Shown piece after piece: positions 28,840 through 37,043 of a DNA stretch of 64,000 nucleotides. The translations under genes were made by a program, and so were the position numbers. The stretch comes from Bacteroidales bacterium. Lineage in GTDB: Bacteria > Bacteroidota > Bacteroidia > Bacteroidales > GCA-2711565. Location: positions 5,905 through 69,904 of the forward strand of contig JANQLW010000025.1 in NCBI GenBank assembly GCA_028280405.1, given 5' to 3'. Numbering within the stretch: the stretch's first letter is position 1; each line of letters begins with the position of its first letter. The notes beneath the pieces are model-generated. The model made no database searches. It saw nothing but the letters and a program-made list of their open reading frames with translations, and was not told the DNA's origin.

Positions 28840-29370
28840 CTAAAACCATATATATGAAGTATGCTCTAATGGATTTCTTGTTATCCAGTCATTATCCTTA
28901 AAATCAGACCACCAATTATTATAAATGTCTCTAACTATCAATATGTCTGTCCCTTTGAGTCCATTGTATCTTTCACTTTCAATCAATGAAGTATCAATTA
29001 GGTATGGGTCAAGAGAACCATATCCATAACCATTTCTTATACCCTCAACAGTCCAAAGCAAACATTCCCCTAAAATACAATAATTCCTACCATGAGGAAA
29101 AGGTGTTCGTGATGAAATAGGATTAAAAGGGTAAGCTGCAATATGAGATGTATCTTTTGAAAAATCAATAAGAGCTTGAATGTGTCTTTCAGTAAAATTC
29201 GGCATTAAAAGCCATAAATTTTCGCCATTCTCTCCTTTTTCATATTGAGAATAGGTTTCTGTTTTAATTTGATTTACAAATTTTTCAACATCGGGATTAT
29301 CAATGTCGAAGTCGTCTTTTTCACAGCTAATTAAAAAAAGAATCAAGATAATAAAGAATAAGTTTTTCAT
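28840..29370 (-). CDS. Hypothetical lipoprotein
   Basis: 176 aa. Lipobox LILFLISC. Confidence 0.65.
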   Translation of the reverse strand: MKNLFFIILILFLISCEKDDFDIDNPDVEKFVNQIKTETYSQYEKGENGENLWLLMPNFTERHIQALIDFSKDTSHIAAYPFNPISSRTPFPHGRNYCILGECLLWTVEGIRNGYGYGSLDPYLIDTSLIESERYNGLKGTDILIVRDIYNNWWSDFKDNDWITRNPLEHTSYIWF

Positions 29371-29426
29371 AATTGACAGTTTTTTATTAGATGTAATTAT
29401 CTATGTCATGGTTGCGTTTTTTTGTT

Positions 29427-29464
29427 TGTGCGATGGAATGTGCGAATTGCAAATGTGCTTGGCT
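29427..29464. repeat. Left copy of the ~37-bp direct repeat bracketing the five-gene cassette
   Basis: TGTGCGATGGAATGTGCGAATTGCAAATGTGCTTGGCT. It shares TGTGCGAT, ATGTGCG, TTGCAAATGTG and TTGGCT blocks with 37008-37043. An 18-nt core (29440-29457 vs 37009-37026) differs at 1 position. Confidence 0.7.
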
Positions 29465-29549
29465 GTGTGGGCTAGGTATTCATCCATTTTCCTTTCTCAA
29501 ATGAATCATTTGAATCTTTTATGATGTTTGTTTGAGCCAATTGAGCCAT

Positions 29550-30878
29550 TTATGAGCCAATTAGTTTATATGCAGTTCCTTTTCCAACATCACCGATTCT
29601 CTCTAATAGTTTTTTATCCTCCAACAACTCCTTTAAATCACGAGTTGCAGTAGCTTTTGAAACATCGCAAATTTCTTGATATATTGAGTTTGTTATTTTA
29701 CCATTTTTCTTAGTGTATAAAACAGCTTTGATTTGACGCTCATTTATACCAAGTTGCTTCAAAGAAGTTTCATTATAAATATCCTTTCTAAAAACTACCC
29801 CAAAATCCTTTCCATTATTTTCAAATTCAGGCTTTTGTAAACCGTGCTCTTTACATTGTTCAATAATTTTAATTGTTCCTCGCCCCTAAGATTCAACATG
29901 CCCTGCTCTAAAAAAAGCATTAGCAATATCAGGATTAAAAGGAATCGATGAATGTTTTTGCATTAAATTTTCGACTGTCCAATCTTCCGGTAACTGTCCA
30001 TAATTCCAAATCATAAGTTTATCATCATAAACGCTTATTTGAATTGGAACACCCATTGAATAATCTTTATGAGTAAGGGCGTTTAAAATTGCTTCCCGAA
30101 CAGCATCTTTTGGGTATTCGTAAGTTTCAACTCTGTGTATACCTTCATACGAGATAATTGCCTTGATGTACTTAGTGAAAAGTAAGTCAATTTTCTTTTC
30201 TACTTGTTCAAAAAGATTTCCCTTTACTTCGTCTTGAAATATCAATTCTGTATCTGACTGAAAATAACCGATTTTTATATATGCTCCTGTAAAATATTTT
30301 TCAGGGTCGGGATGAAAAAGCAATACAGATGCGCGTTTTAGATATGGTTTCTCAGTTAATTTTAAATTTTCAAGAATACTGATGTTTTGCTCAGTTAAAA
30401 CACTTTCGTCAATTCTCTTACTGATTATTGCCCTTTTCTTGAAAAACTCAAATGTTTCATTTTTTAAATCATCAACAGAAACATTAGGAACAGGAACGCC
30501 GTCCCATTTCTTTCCTTTCTTTTCAAGCATAAATTTATCTAAAGCAGCACCTTTTAGTTCTTGCTTAGTACTTCCGCTTCTATAATGATATTGTCCTTTG
30601 TAATTAACTGAAAAGGGTTGTGGCTCAACAACAATTTCAAGAAAGTTTCCTTTTTCTGTTTCAAGCAGATTAACATCTACCAAAATACCAAGAACATCTC
30701 TTACTTTATTTGGAATATCTTCAAGTAGCTTTTTTGCGTTATTAATACTGACAACTTCTCCTTTGTCGTTTTTGCCAATGTATATTTTACCTCCCTGTGC
30801 ATTTGCAAAACCGCAAATCCATTTTAGGTATTCATCACGCCAACTTTCTTTCCATTCTATGTTTTGGTTTTCTGCCAT
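29550..30878 (-). pseudogene. AlbA_2 (Schlafen-like) + HATPase_c_4 + wHTH putative DNA-binding/ATP-binding protein, interrupted by one in-frame TAG
   Basis: Track ORFs 29886..30878 and 29550..29762 are in the same frame. The gap reads through as ...AFFRAGHVES*GRGTIKIIEQCKEHGLQKPEFENNGKDFGVVFRKDIYNETS-LKQLGINERQ... The N-terminus MAENQNIEWKESW...GFANAQGGKIYIG is typical of AlbA_2 proteins. Starts 3 nt after the upstream gene's stop. Confidence 0.75.
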
Positions 30879-30881
30879 ATG

Positions 30882-32456
30882 TTATTTACTTTCCATTGTT
30901 TTCCAGAATTGTCTAATCTTAATGGTTTTAGGTTCATCAAGGTTTATTAATCCAAGCCCTGAGTCAAGCCTGTTAATTTCATTGATGAGTTTATGTTCAC
31001 TCCTCGGTGTTCCAACAAACGCTTTAATCATTTTTGGGTCTTTGTTTTGAATGTTTAAGCAAATCGGTAGTTTTACTTGAGAAGCAAAGTCAAAATCTTT
31101 TGTTTTATAATCTTCTACACCTTGTGATAGCATTACAACAATAACTCCTTTTGAGCGAAGAAGTCTTAATAAATCTTCAAGAGCTTTACGAGCATTTTTA
31201 TTCTTTAAATAGATATGTGCTTCATCAATGACAATCACATATCTCAGAGGCATAATATTTTCTTTCGGTTCGGAATCATTCGCTGAACTAAAAAAGAAAT
31301 TAAAATATCTCAGAAGTAGAAAAACACATAATTGTCTTAAAGTGTCAGATAATGTTGGCGGTAGATTCAAATAAATACTTTTCTCAATGATGTTTTCTGA
31401 AATATCATCTGAAAACAAACCACTTGACAAGTCCTTAATAGCAGCAAGTAAAGTATCAGGTTTTGTTTTAGTTGCTTCGTAATATTCTTCAAGAGCTTCT
31501 GAAAGTTCTGTCATATTTGGATAAGTGTCGCCCTTTTCTTCAATCAAGTTTGTAATTACTGATTGCAAGATGTGTTTCTGTGAAGTTCCCATTTGCGGAA
31601 CAAATGTTCCAATCGTGTCAACAAAAGCTTTGATACTAAAGGTTTTTTGTCTTTCTCCCTCACTAATATTAATTGAGCTAAGAGGATTAAAATTAAATCC
31701 ATCATTTAGAATGTCAATAAACTCACAGTTAGTTTTATCTAAGAATAGTTTTAATTGTGAAGCATTACCTTCTCCTTTATAATCAAAGAAAATGTATTTA
31801 AGTTGATTTTCAGTATTAGCAGAGATTTGATATAAAACATCTTTAATCAGCTGAGTTTTACCAGATCCTGCCATGCCCGCAATAGCAATATTCCTGTTGT
31901 CAAATTCCGTTAAATCATTTATTTTTATTTCAACTTCTTTGTTTTCTTCCGTTGTACCAAGAATAAAAGATAATGGTTCTAAATATTCTTTAACTGCTGT
32001 TTGCTGCTGAACACCACTTGCAATTGAAACAGTATTAGATTGTAAATCAAGCCCATTTTTTACAAGTTTCATTAACAAAGCAATATGACCACCGCTTGTA
32101 AAGTCTGTTTTAGAAAGCTTTTTATCAATTTCTGACAAACCATGGTCTAAATGAAGCTTAAACAGCTTTGAAAAATCCTCCTCGTAAAGTGATTGATTGT
32201 AATGTTTATCAAGTATTGCTTTATAAATTGGATAGTTAGTACGGTTTTCTACAATCGTTCCAAACAAGCCTCGGTCATCTCTGAAATCTCTACCATCTGA
32301 ACTTGGTACTACATCCACATTAACATCAAAATGCTTATTTGTTTGAACACTGTAAGCAAATGCCAATCTTGGCACAACTCCCTCCGAATTGAATTCATAA
32401 ATCGACTTTATTCTTTCGATTACTTCATCGTTTTGTTTACTAATTCTTATTCTCAT
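30882..32456 (-). CDS. DndE-like N-terminal domain fused to an FtsK/HerA (DUF87-type) P-loop ATPase
   Basis: 524 aa. N-terminus MRIRISKQNDEVIERIKSIYEFNSEGVVPRLAFAYSVQ resembles the DndE pattern (r.s....e.l..lk......pN...R.A...S). Walker A IAIAGMAGSGKTQL. Walker B RYVIVIDEAHIYL. Later VIVVMLSQ. Overlaps the upstream gene by 17 nt. Confidence 0.75.
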   Translation of the reverse strand: MRIRISKQNDEVIERIKSIYEFNSEGVVPRLAFAYSVQTNKHFDVNVDVVPSSDGRDFRDDRGLFGTIVENRTNYPIYKAILDKHYNQSLYEEDFSKLFKLHLDHGLSEIDKKLSKTDFTSGGHIALLMKLVKNGLDLQSNTVSIASGVQQQTAVKEYLEPLSFILGTTEENKEVEIKINDLTEFDNRNIAIAGMAGSGKTQLIKDVLYQISANTENQLKYIFFDYKGEGNASQLKLFLDKTNCEFIDILNDGFNFNPLSSINISEGERQKTFSIKAFVDTIGTFVPQMGTSQKHILQSVITNLIEEKGDTYPNMTELSEALEEYYEATKTKPDTLLAAIKDLSSGLFSDDISENIIEKSIYLNLPPTLSDTLRQLCVFLLLRYFNFFFSSANDSEPKENIMPLRYVIVIDEAHIYLKNKNARKALEDLLRLLRSKGVIVVMLSQGVEDYKTKDFDFASQVKLPICLNIQNKDPKMIKAFVGTPRSEHKLINEINRLDSGLGLINLDEPKTIKIRQFWKTMESK

Positions 32457-34533
32457 AGCTTTGGAAATAACCAGGTTTAAAAATAGATTTCTTGTTTTCG
32501 TTAACTATCAAATATGATTTAGAAACCTTATCCGAAATTGATTTATATCGGCGTGGTGTAATCTCATTATTAGTAGCTAATAATACAACCTGACTTGATA
32601 AATCAGGGTAATAGTTATTTAAAATATTCTCAATATGTTCATGGTCTAATCTACCTAAAGGTGTATCGATGAATATTGGGAAATTCTGAATTGATTCGCT
32701 GAGAATAGCTTTAATTAAGCAAGAAATAAAAATCTGCTTTTCGCCTGTAGAGAAACTTTCTTTTGGTATCTCATTACCTTCTGAATCTAAAATTGAAACT
32801 TTAAGCCCCTTCCCGTCAGGAAGAATGTCAATTCTGGAATCTTCAATAAAACTTGAACCTTCATGTTGCATTTTATGCATCAACTTTTGAAGTTCAGCCA
32901 ATAGATTATTCGCTAATGCTTCTTTTTTAGAACGTTTCTGATTGTCTATAAAAGTTTGTAAAGATTCAATATACTTTTTCGCTTTAGCAATCTTGTTTTT
33001 TATCAATTGATTACCACTACTTTTTTGAAGCAGAATGTTATATTTTTGGTTTAAACGAACATTGTCTTTCAAAAGCTTGTCCTTCTCGTTTTCAAGTGCA
33101 CCATTCTCCCCAATTATTTTTTCCAGTTTTCTCTCCGCTTCATCTTTCAAAGTAACTGTTTCTAAAATAGTTTCATCTTCCAAATCAGAATCAATCATTT
33201 TTATTTGTTTATCCTTTTCAGTTATTGCGAGTTGAACAGCATTAAACTCTGAAATTGTAGATTCAAAAACCTCTTTTGATTGTTGTTTTAATAGCTGAGA
33301 AGTTTTTAATACTAGTTCTTTATCTGCATTACTTAAATCAAGCTCAAATTCAAATATGTTTTCAGATTCTTTGACCTCAAAAAGTTCATTTAGTAAACTC
33401 TGAGCTTTATCTGAATAAAATATTTTGTTTTTGAATGACATTGAACCATCTTCAGGTTCGGGCGGTTGATTAAATAATTTCTCAATAAAATTATCAAGCT
33501 TTTTCTTAACTACCTCATTATTTTCAATATCTGATACAGATTGTACTTGCAAATCCAGTTGTTCAAGAACTTCTTCAATTTTACCACTAAGCATTGCCAA
33601 AGGTGCAAGTTCACTCAACTCATTGAAACGTTTTTCCAGTTCTTCTTTTTTAGATTGAAGTGCTGTAAGTTCGCTAAACAAGTCCTCTCTATTTAGAGAT
33701 GTTGTTTCCTTTCGGCTATTCTTATTCAAAAAGGTTTGGTATTCTTTGATTTTATCTTTTAACTCTTTAATACTGGTTTCATTAAGAGCTGATTTTAAAT
33801 CAATATCTTCAACTTTTCCTTTATTTAACTCAACGGCCTTTTCTGTATTTATAATTTGCTCCTTAATATTCGTGTTCGCACCCTCTTTTTTCAGGTTGTT
33901 ACTGTAAACTGAAATATCATCTTTAAGATTTTCGTATAAATCAAGACCAAGAAGTTTACCCAAAGCGTCATTTAGTACGTTTCCTTCATCTTTGGTCGAA
34001 AGTTCTGCCCACGAAGCAATTTTTTCAGCATCGAAGAATACGAATTTCGCAGCTTCTAAAGGAATCAGGTAATCATTTATAAAACTTATTTTGTCTTCAA
34101 TTTCAGTAAACAACTCTTCCCTCTGAGAATTCAACACCGATAAGCTTTCCTCTATTTTACTTATATTAAATACACGCTTAATTACAATCTTATTATCAGA
34201 AACTTTAAGGTTAGCAGGGTAATCAATTTCCTCAAACTGTATTTCAATCGAAAAATCAGTATTGTTTTCGTTTTTTGAAGTCCAGTTTAAGGATTGCTTT
34301 ATAAACTTCTGGTAATTAGTTTCTTTTTGAACCTCTCGCTTGAAGTTTTCATCAATTTGGGTAATTTTCTCACCGTAAAGACACCAAACAATCGAAATTA
34401 GAAAATTTGTTTTTCCGAAACCATTTTTACCTCCAATCAAGACAATGTTTTGATTTTCTTGAGTCTGCAAATCAATTTCAATAGTACCGTAGTACTGACG
34501 AAAATTGTCTAATATTATTTTACTTATTCTCAT
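32440..34533 (-). CDS. DndD-like SMC/ABC-type ATPase with a long coiled-coil insert
   Basis: 697 aa. MRISKIILDNFRQYYG N-terminus. Walker A GGKNGFGKT (residues 34-42). About 350 aa of heptad-rich coiled coil. C-terminal FSTGEKQ signature and IFIDTPLGRLD...QVVLLATNNEI, the DTPLGRLD-type Walker B/D-loop block I associate with DndD. Confidence 0.85.
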   Translation of the reverse strand: MRISKIILDNFRQYYGTIEIDLQTQENQNIVLIGGKNGFGKTNFLISIVWCLYGEKITQIDENFKREVQKETNYQKFIKQSLNWTSKNENNTDFSIEIQFEEIDYPANLKVSDNKIVIKRVFNISKIEESLSVLNSQREELFTEIEDKISFINDYLIPLEAAKFVFFDAEKIASWAELSTKDEGNVLNDALGKLLGLDLYENLKDDISVYSNNLKKEGANTNIKEQIINTEKAVELNKGKVEDIDLKSALNETSIKELKDKIKEYQTFLNKNSRKETTSLNREDLFSELTALQSKKEELEKRFNELSELAPLAMLSGKIEEVLEQLDLQVQSVSDIENNEVVKKKLDNFIEKLFNQPPEPEDGSMSFKNKIFYSDKAQSLLNELFEVKESENIFEFELDLSNADKELVLKTSQLLKQQSKEVFESTISEFNAVQLAITEKDKQIKMIDSDLEDETILETVTLKDEAERKLEKIIGENGALENEKDKLLKDNVRLNQKYNILLQKSSGNQLIKNKIAKAKKYIESLQTFIDNQKRSKKEALANNLLAELQKLMHKMQHEGSSFIEDSRIDILPDGKGLKVSILDSEGNEIPKESFSTGEKQIFISCLIKAILSESIQNFPIFIDTPLGRLDHEHIENILNNYYPDLSSQVVLLATNNEITPRRYKSISDKVSKSYLIVNENKKSIFKPGYFQSYENKN

Positions 34534-34714
34534 TTTCTAACGCCTTTTCAATTTCTGAATCAATTGTTTGATGAATATAATGATTTCGCTTTTGCAGTTT
34601 TTTCAAACGCTCGGATTGTAGTAGTTTATCCATTGATTTAAGATCAACTCCGTTTTCTTTACAGATTGAGTTTAGTTCCTCAATATGTTTTTTCTTTATC
34701 TTATCAATTTCCAT
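34520..34714 (-). CDS. Small charged helical protein, translationally coupled on both sides
   Basis: 64 aa (MEIDKIKKKHIEELNSICKENGVDLKSMDKLLQSERLKKLQKRNHYIHQTIDSEIEKALENENK). Overlaps the upstream gene by 11 nt and the downstream gene by 14 nt. Confidence 0.6.
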   Translation of the reverse strand: MEIDKIKKKHIEELNSICKENGVDLKSMDKLLQSERLKKLQKRNHYIHQTIDSEIEKALENENK

Positions 34715-36986
34715 ATATGTCTTGTATTAATTCTTTTGTTTCGATATACATACTTTCATGTTTTGGAGTTAATTCTCCATTTTCATACTGTTTAGTTTGG
34801 CGATAGTAAAAATGATAAAGATTGGACTCATCTTCATTTTTTGCGCTTGGCAACCTTTTATTCAACTTAATGAATTGATTCAATTCAACATATGAAGAAT
34901 CCATATTTTTCGGGTTTCGCCTAACAAGTTTTACATAGCCGTATTTTTCAACTAATTCATTTATTTTATCACTCTTACTTTTTTCAATTCTATTTTTGTT
35001 TGCATTATTAAGTTGAACATTCATAAAACGATACAATTTTTGCTCTTCTTCACTCCCCGAAGAAAAAGGCAGTCTATTATTATCATTAGTAAACTTCGAT
35101 AGCAATTCAAAATTTTCCTTCCATGTTCTGCGAACTATCTTTGTATTATTGTTTCTAATGAACTCATCATTGTATTCCTTGGCAATTAATCCAATATGGT
35201 AATTTTTAAAGAAAAGAAAGCGTCTGTTTTCAGCAGACTTTAGGTTGTAAAGTAAATTTTTAGATGTTACGGAAGGTCTATATTGAGAGACATATTCTCT
35301 TATATCATCAATATGTTTTGGTGTTTCGAATTGAATTAGAAATTCCTCTGCAATATCATGCATTGTACCTCCTTTAACGGTTTTATCTTTTTCCCATTCA
35401 CGTAACCCGTAAGTACTGCTTCTTCCAAAATAAATTATTTCCGGGTCTCTTTGGCAACTACCTCTCAATGCTTCTGCACTTTTCGTAACATTTGGGTGCT
35501 TGGAAATAAGAATATCATATATCTGATAAATATCTAATGGCTCATTCTTTTCCTTTAAAATATCATAAACATATTCAATTACCTGCTTTTTAGTATTTCT
35601 TCTAAAGGTTATTTGGTCTAATGTATCAATGGTTATTTCAAATTCATTGAAAATAATATGCTCAGCTATTTGTGTAACTTTGATAAAGTCTGATTCAAAT
35701 CTTTCTTTCAGAAAAGAAGTTAAATAAGCTTCAAAATGGAAAGAATAATCTTCTTCTATCCTGTTTGATAGCCTATTATTTATATCAATTGCAAGGGATT
35801 CAAAATTGAATATGCTTTCTATTTCTTTGTTTACTATATAAATTGATCTCCACTTATATGCTCCACTTTTCGGTTTTGGACCATAAAAAGCACAGGTTTC
35901 AAAATTACCAATTAAGGTATGAGTTTTACTTAAAATTATGGAAAGTATCTTTGTAACAAAGATATTGTTGTATTGAACAGATTCTTTTTGTTGGATTTCC
36001 TCTATTAGATTTTCATCAATTACTATAAATTCTGAATTAACATCAATTCCATAAAGGTTTAATGCATCAAATTCAAGTCCTTTTAAAAAACTGAATTCGA
36101 TATCAATTTTCTCAAGTATCTTATTTCTAATCTGACGAGTTCTTTCTCTCGTGATTCCAACTTGAGAACCAATATTCTCTAGTGTTTCAGTTTTGTAATC
36201 TAACCAAAAGTTAAAGCCTTTCTTGAATATCTCTAGCTCCTTTTCTTTAAACCTAAATATTTTTGAAATTAACGTATCTATTGTTTTAAAGATAGGTAAC
36301 CCATTCTTGGAATCATAATTTTCCCAAATTTGAATAATATCATTTGGGTTAAGGCAAAACTTTCTGCGTAAGTAAGTGTTAAATAACTCAATCGTTAATT
36401 CGTCATCATTTTCAAAAAGCTGAACAATCTCTATCTGCTCACGGATTTCTTTAAAGAATTGGAATAGCTCATCAACTGATTTTTTGCCAATATTTTTAAT
36501 TTTTCCTAAATCGTATCTTGAGTCAATCAAGATTTCTTTGAATCCACGAATCGTCAAGTTTGAATCCGATATTTTTTCAATTGCGTTTAGACTTCTAACT
36601 GATAGATTGCTTGCTTGGGATTCAATAAGGTTATTTAGAATCTTCTTTTGTCTTACTGTTAAAGAATCAATTTGCTTTTCAATTGGATTTTCGGGCTTTT
36701 CCTTGATTGGTCTTGAAATGAAATCATCATATTTTTGGCATAATTTAATAAGTTCTGTATTCGATTTTTGTCCGCAATTCCTTAATCCTAAAAAATCATT
36801 GTTCTCCCAAAAGTAGTTTAGTATTGCGAGTAAATCATTAAGACCATTCCATTCGCAAACATTTGACGAGCGAACACTCAGGTTCTCTTTATGAGTTAAT
36901 TCTCTTAAACTAATATTTTCTTTATCAACGTCCATTCTCAAATATACAAAATCCTTTGTGGGTTGGGAAATTGCACTCTTTTGCAA
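34704..36986 (-). CDS. Large multi-HTH DNA-binding protein: 2x RpoA-alphaCTD-like HhH, sigma-70 region-4-like HTH, 2x HARE-HTH-like, 2x helicase-associated (HA) repeats
   Basis: 760 aa. LSVRSSNVCEWNGLNDLL...LRNCGQKSNTELIKL and LSVRSLNAIEK...IKNIGKKSVDELFQF (alpha-CTD-like). ENIGSQVGITRERTRQIRNKILEKI (sigma r4-like). VIEYVYDILKEKNEPLDIYQIYDIL...YFGRSSTYGLREW (HARE-HTH-like). C-terminal W..NF..L..F...N.RLP...EE.KLY.F repeats (HA-like). No catalytic motif seen. An alternative start is MDVDKEN at ~36935. Confidence 0.75.
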   Translation of the reverse strand: MQKSAISQPTKDFVYLRMDVDKENISLRELTHKENLSVRSSNVCEWNGLNDLLAILNYFWENNDFLGLRNCGQKSNTELIKLCQKYDDFISRPIKEKPENPIEKQIDSLTVRQKKILNNLIESQASNLSVRSLNAIEKISDSNLTIRGFKEILIDSRYDLGKIKNIGKKSVDELFQFFKEIREQIEIVQLFENDDELTIELFNTYLRRKFCLNPNDIIQIWENYDSKNGLPIFKTIDTLISKIFRFKEKELEIFKKGFNFWLDYKTETLENIGSQVGITRERTRQIRNKILEKIDIEFSFLKGLEFDALNLYGIDVNSEFIVIDENLIEEIQQKESVQYNNIFVTKILSIILSKTHTLIGNFETCAFYGPKPKSGAYKWRSIYIVNKEIESIFNFESLAIDINNRLSNRIEEDYSFHFEAYLTSFLKERFESDFIKVTQIAEHIIFNEFEITIDTLDQITFRRNTKKQVIEYVYDILKEKNEPLDIYQIYDILISKHPNVTKSAEALRGSCQRDPEIIYFGRSSTYGLREWEKDKTVKGGTMHDIAEEFLIQFETPKHIDDIREYVSQYRPSVTSKNLLYNLKSAENRRFLFFKNYHIGLIAKEYNDEFIRNNNTKIVRRTWKENFELLSKFTNDNNRLPFSSGSEEEQKLYRFMNVQLNNANKNRIEKSKSDKINELVEKYGYVKLVRRNPKNMDSSYVELNQFIKLNKRLPSAKNEDESNLYHFYYRQTKQYENGELTPKHESMYIETKELIQDIYGN

Positions 36987-37007
36987 ATTTCGGTCTGTCG
37001 ATTAGCC

Positions 37008-37043
37008 TGTGCGATTTGCAAATGTGTGCAATGTGCGTTGGCT
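37008..37043. repeat. Right copy of the ~37-bp direct repeat bracketing the five-gene cassette
   Basis: TGTGCGATTTGCAAATGTGTGCAATGTGCGTTGGCT. See 29427-29464. Lies 22-57 nt upstream of the ATG at 36986 (minus strand). Confidence 0.7.

Noticed and set aside
29427-37043. The cassette as a self-mobile element (transposon, ICE or prophage fragment).
   Set aside because: The flanking direct repeats hint at insertion. However, I found no integrase, transposase, recombinase or terminal inverted repeats, and the base composition looks host-like. I report it only as an inserted or variable segment.
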